Under the pieces are notes generated by a model. The model ran no database searches. It had not been told where the DNA came from and worked only from the letters and a program-made list of their open reading frames with translations. Below, one piece after another: positions 60,617 through 64,000 of a DNA stretch of 64,000 nt (positions within the stretch are counted from its first letter, which is position 1; every line of letters begins with the position of its first letter). The stretch covers positions 1,302,001 to 1,366,000 of the forward strand of contig AP026124.1 in the NCBI GenBank assembly GCA_030295235.1. The letters run 5' to 3'. The DNA is from Fistulifera solaris (lineage: Eukaryota). A program made the position numbers and the translations under genes.

Positions 60617-61631
60617 TTATACCTTTCGATGCAATAATCTTCCCGCACACGCCGTCTCAAGTTGAATGGCAGGTGTCACAGCATCCCAATACTCGTTGAC
60701 AACCTCCACTGCGCTGAACAGTCTCGGATATTCCGTACGCACCAAGATTGGAAATGAACCCGATCGCTGTCCATTACCATCCATTGATGAAAATTGCGCC
60801 TGAATCTCCAATGCTTCCCCCGGTTGAAGATACTTGATCGACCAAGCAATAGTTCTTTTCATTTCGTCCCAGACACCACCAGGTCTCGACAATCTCACCG
60901 ACTCTCCGTCCATATTTGGCGGAACGGCCATGATTATCATGATTTGGTAAAGAGGAAATTGATTGGATGGGTTGGCTCTAATTTTAAATCCAACACGAGT
61001 GTGCTCTCTCGATTGTTGAACACGGCTTTTGACTAACTGACAACACGGACGGAAGCGAGTGAGATTGATCACGGCCACCCAAACGTTAACTATCAAGAGA
61101 AACTTACCAATGGTACAGGTCGTAGTGTCGGTATGCAGAAATATTTGAGTACGATTGTTTCTCGAAAGGGAGATGCTGGTGAACTGTTCAACGATATTCT
61201 CAATATCCGGTCGGATGAATGCAGGCCCCGGGACGAGACTCTGTCGGTAATATCGCAGCATACATCTACTCGTTCTTCGATACGATCGATTTGCCCCAGT
61301 AAATCTCTCAATACGATACAAAAGGTGTCGACGATGGCCCCATTGCTTGTACATAAATAGTCCCCTCGATGCTGATCTCACCCTCATTCGATACGTCATC
61401 GTACTGAGCCGCCAGCTGCTCGTGACTATAGACTTTGACGAGTGGTGTAGACGACGCGTTTGGTTCATTTGTGACAAGCGAACGATAAGCGCGTTCGGTT
61501 GCGCGGGCAGTGGATTGATCGGCCGATAAATGAAAGGGGTCGTTGTTGAAAGATGATTCTGGCCTACCCAAGGCATCGCTGCGTACAAAACGGTCGGAGG
61601 AACGATCTGACAAGTCTCTGTCGCTTCGCAT
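60617..61631 (-). CDS. Mu-homology-domain protein (muniscin/stonin-like adaptor)
   Basis: E.L.A.......ISIEGTIYV, LKYFC....PVPL|LVK, KIRANPSN, VPP, G.WDE.KRTI.W.I..L.PG...EI.A.F. Intron ~61036-61105; frameshift near 61320; 5' end uncertain. Confidence 0.55.
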
Positions 61632-62120
61632 GGCATCTATCGGCCAGAGTTGATTCCTTTATTAGCAAAAGCTACTTAATGGGGCATTTGAGAAGACGAT
61701 CGTTGTTAAAGTAAAACTGGTAGGTCTTTTGATTGCCTTGACATTGTTGTTCATCTTTGCCATAGTGCTATATCCTCGAAGTGTAAGTCATCATGACATG
61801 ACTGGATTTCAGTCATGATTTGGCATTAAAGGTGAGTAACCTTAATTGGATCAACTGCAACATGCAACCTCTTATGGATTTCCTCCCACACAATTAATTA
61901 TAGTCATGTCGCTTTTTTAAGTAAAATCCAAGGAATTTCGCAAGTCGATACAAAGTAGTAAGGAAATAGGTGAAAACCCAAGATGAGTTGCGCGTCTCTT
62001 TCATTTATTTTTATCTTCATTATTATTTGATGTAAAATCCAAGTCAAAGAGCTGCAAAAAAATTCTTTAATTGCCAACAAAAGAAATACGGTGGTCTATG
62101 ATATATATATTTGTCAATCT

Positions 62121-63340
62121 ATGCCGGAAGCCCGCAAAATGAATTCACAGCACAAACACTGCTACCTCGACTTCGACTTGGACGACACACGTTACAAACT
62201 GGGTCAAGCGGCTGCCTTTTGTCATGCGACGAACCAACGCTACGGTTTCAGCTCGCCCGACTTGCGACAACTGGGAGGAAGCGAGTTGAAACGGATACCT
62301 GATTATTTGGAAAATGATCACGAGTGGAAGGGCACATCCATAGCTCTATTGCCGGTAAAAAGTTCTCGTATCGTCTTGCAGCTGAAATGGGATGTCGCGC
62401 CTTTGGCTTGTGAGAACTTTCTTGCACTGTGCTGTAACGATGAGAAGCAAATAGGGCAATCAGGCAAGCCATTGACGTATCGCAATTCAACGGTTCATCG
62501 AGTTATTCCGAAGTTTGTCGTTCAGGGAGGCGATGTAAGTCAACAACATCTGGCTTTTTCGCTGTGAAGGTCAATCTCACATTACCTAATTCTTGCGATC
62601 ATATTACTGATTAATTGTGTACCATCAAACAGATTGTTTTCGGAAACGGTAGTGGAGGAGAATCTATATTCAATGGGAAGAAATTCAAAGATGAACGACT
62701 TGGTTTGTTGTTGAAACACGATCGGCGTGGAATACTTAGTATGGGAAATAGTGGAAAGAACAGCAATACGTCCCAGTTCTTTATTACTTTCGATAAGGCG
62801 CCACAGTGCGATGGTAAACATGTTATTTTCGGTGAAGTAGTCAGCGGATGGGATGTTTTGGACTCTCTGGAAGGCACGGGAACGCCCAATACGGAAACCC
62901 CACAAGTTTCTATTAAAATAACCGATTGTGGTGCTTGGACTCCTTTGCAAACCCCTGGTGCTGGATACTGGTACGATCAACCCGACGAGAAGAGCTACTC
63001 AGGTATTTCACCTGTCTTTGTGGTGCGTCCCCGAGTGGCCATTTTGGCCCCGAATGACCAAGTGGCAGATAAATTCAAAGTAGCTCTCGAACCAGTATGC
63101 ACTGTTGTTACGGCTACAACAATCGGCACCATTAATACATGGCTTCAATGCTATGCAATCGATCTTCTTGTTGTGGCTCCGGCTTGTGAAACGGAAGCGC
63201 ACCAACTTACTCTACCCTCGGATTGGGGAATCACCACAGAACATACCATTCTCATTTCCAAACCGATAGACGCACTACAGAATATACGATCGCATTCATG
63301 GTTAGTCTCGAGAAACTGGTCACTCGACGGTGCAATATAG
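62121..63340 (+). CDS. Cyclophilin-type peptidyl-prolyl isomerase with a C-terminal extension
   Basis: P.ACENFLALC, LTYRNS..HRVIPKFVVQGGD|I..GNGSGGESIF...FKDE, KH...GILSMGNSG.NSN.SQFFIT, DGKHVIFGEV. Intron ~62535-62632. Confidence 0.92.
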
Positions 63341-63410
63341 GAAGCTGAAACGCAATGAGGCAGAAGTCATGTTGACGACACATTTCTAAATTACTTAGAC
63401 GTACTCTATC

Positions 63411-64000
63411 TCAACTGGATGTGAACTCGAACAATTTTGGTAACTGAGCAGCCAGCGTCCACACACTTTTCTCCAGAGGGTTACCACGAAGACGTAAGCG
63501 CTCTAATTCCGTGCAATACAAAAATGAAGGCGGAAGCTCCCGGAGCTTATTGTCTTCAGCAGCAAACAGCGATATGACCGGTAGATCTACGGTGTTAGGG
63601 GAGACGGGCAAGCTTGTTTTTACTTACGCACATTGACTTCAACGTCTTTATAAGGAACGATGACTGAGGAAGTTCTTCAAGATCATTCTCGGAGAGATCA
63701 AGGCTCTAAATACCCGCAAACAGATTGAGTGTTAGTATAGATACAAGCAACGAACAAGGAATTACTTCGCGTACCTCAATGCAAGAAAAGTAGATTCCAA
63801 ACTGATCTGGCAGCAACTTCAGACCGGTTCTCGTCAGAGAAAGCTTATTAATCGATGTGCCAATGACAAGGAGTGAATGAGGGATGGGGGAAATAACTCC
63901 GGAACATGGACCTCGTGATCCTTGACTGACAAGCTTGCGATCAAAGATTTTGAATTCCATCTGGGGCAAATTGTCTTCCACTAGTCGCTCATGAATACTC
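63411..64000 (-). CDS. Leucine-rich-repeat protein, 3' part (continues beyond the window)
   Basis: LSLTRTGLKLLP, LDLSENDLEELP, EDNKLRELPPSF...LERLRLRGNPL across exons separated by two short introns. Confidence 0.8.

Overview
This is gene-dense eukaryotic nuclear DNA with about 33 protein-coding loci, short GT-AG introns (mostly 60-170 nt) and short intergenic spacers. Several genes have bipartite plastid presequences (signal peptide plus an ASAF-like motif). Together with the NRT2, HCF136 and PUB/thioredoxin genes, this points to a diatom, probably a raphid pennate; the species cannot be determined from sequence alone. Recognisable genes include an ERGIC/Erv41-46 protein, a TEX264/GyrI-like protein, a multi-C2 membrane protein, NRT2, a CRAL-TRIO protein, TRAPPC11, LTV1, PIG-O/GPI13, DRS1/DDX27, two head-to-head EXECUTER-C-terminus-like (DUF3506) plastid proteins, an MDR-fold protein, a DHQase/shikimate dehydrogenase fusion, RPL31, WEE1, a J-protein, a glycosyltransferase, a UBA-Trx-PUB protein, RagC/D, HCF136, riboflavin kinase, a WD40 protein, BET1, an SNase-like protein, a mu-homology protein, a cyclophilin and an LRR protein. 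More than 20 genes-internal single-base frameshifts, mostly in homopolymer runs, are best explained as sequencing or assembly error. I found no tRNA, rRNA, intact transposon or genuine CRISPR array. The main leads are the divergent DUF3506 pair with TGACGT/G-box motifs in its shared promoter, a palindromic 32-nt repeat array upstream of DRS1, 7-nt tandem duplications recurring in promoters, a DREAM/Myb-like motif cluster before WEE1, a cyclophilin with a pseudo-receiver-like tail, a degenerate shikimate-kinase-like domain and a decayed 3' duplicate of the SNase-like gene. All family assignments come from motif recognition by eye, not from database searches.
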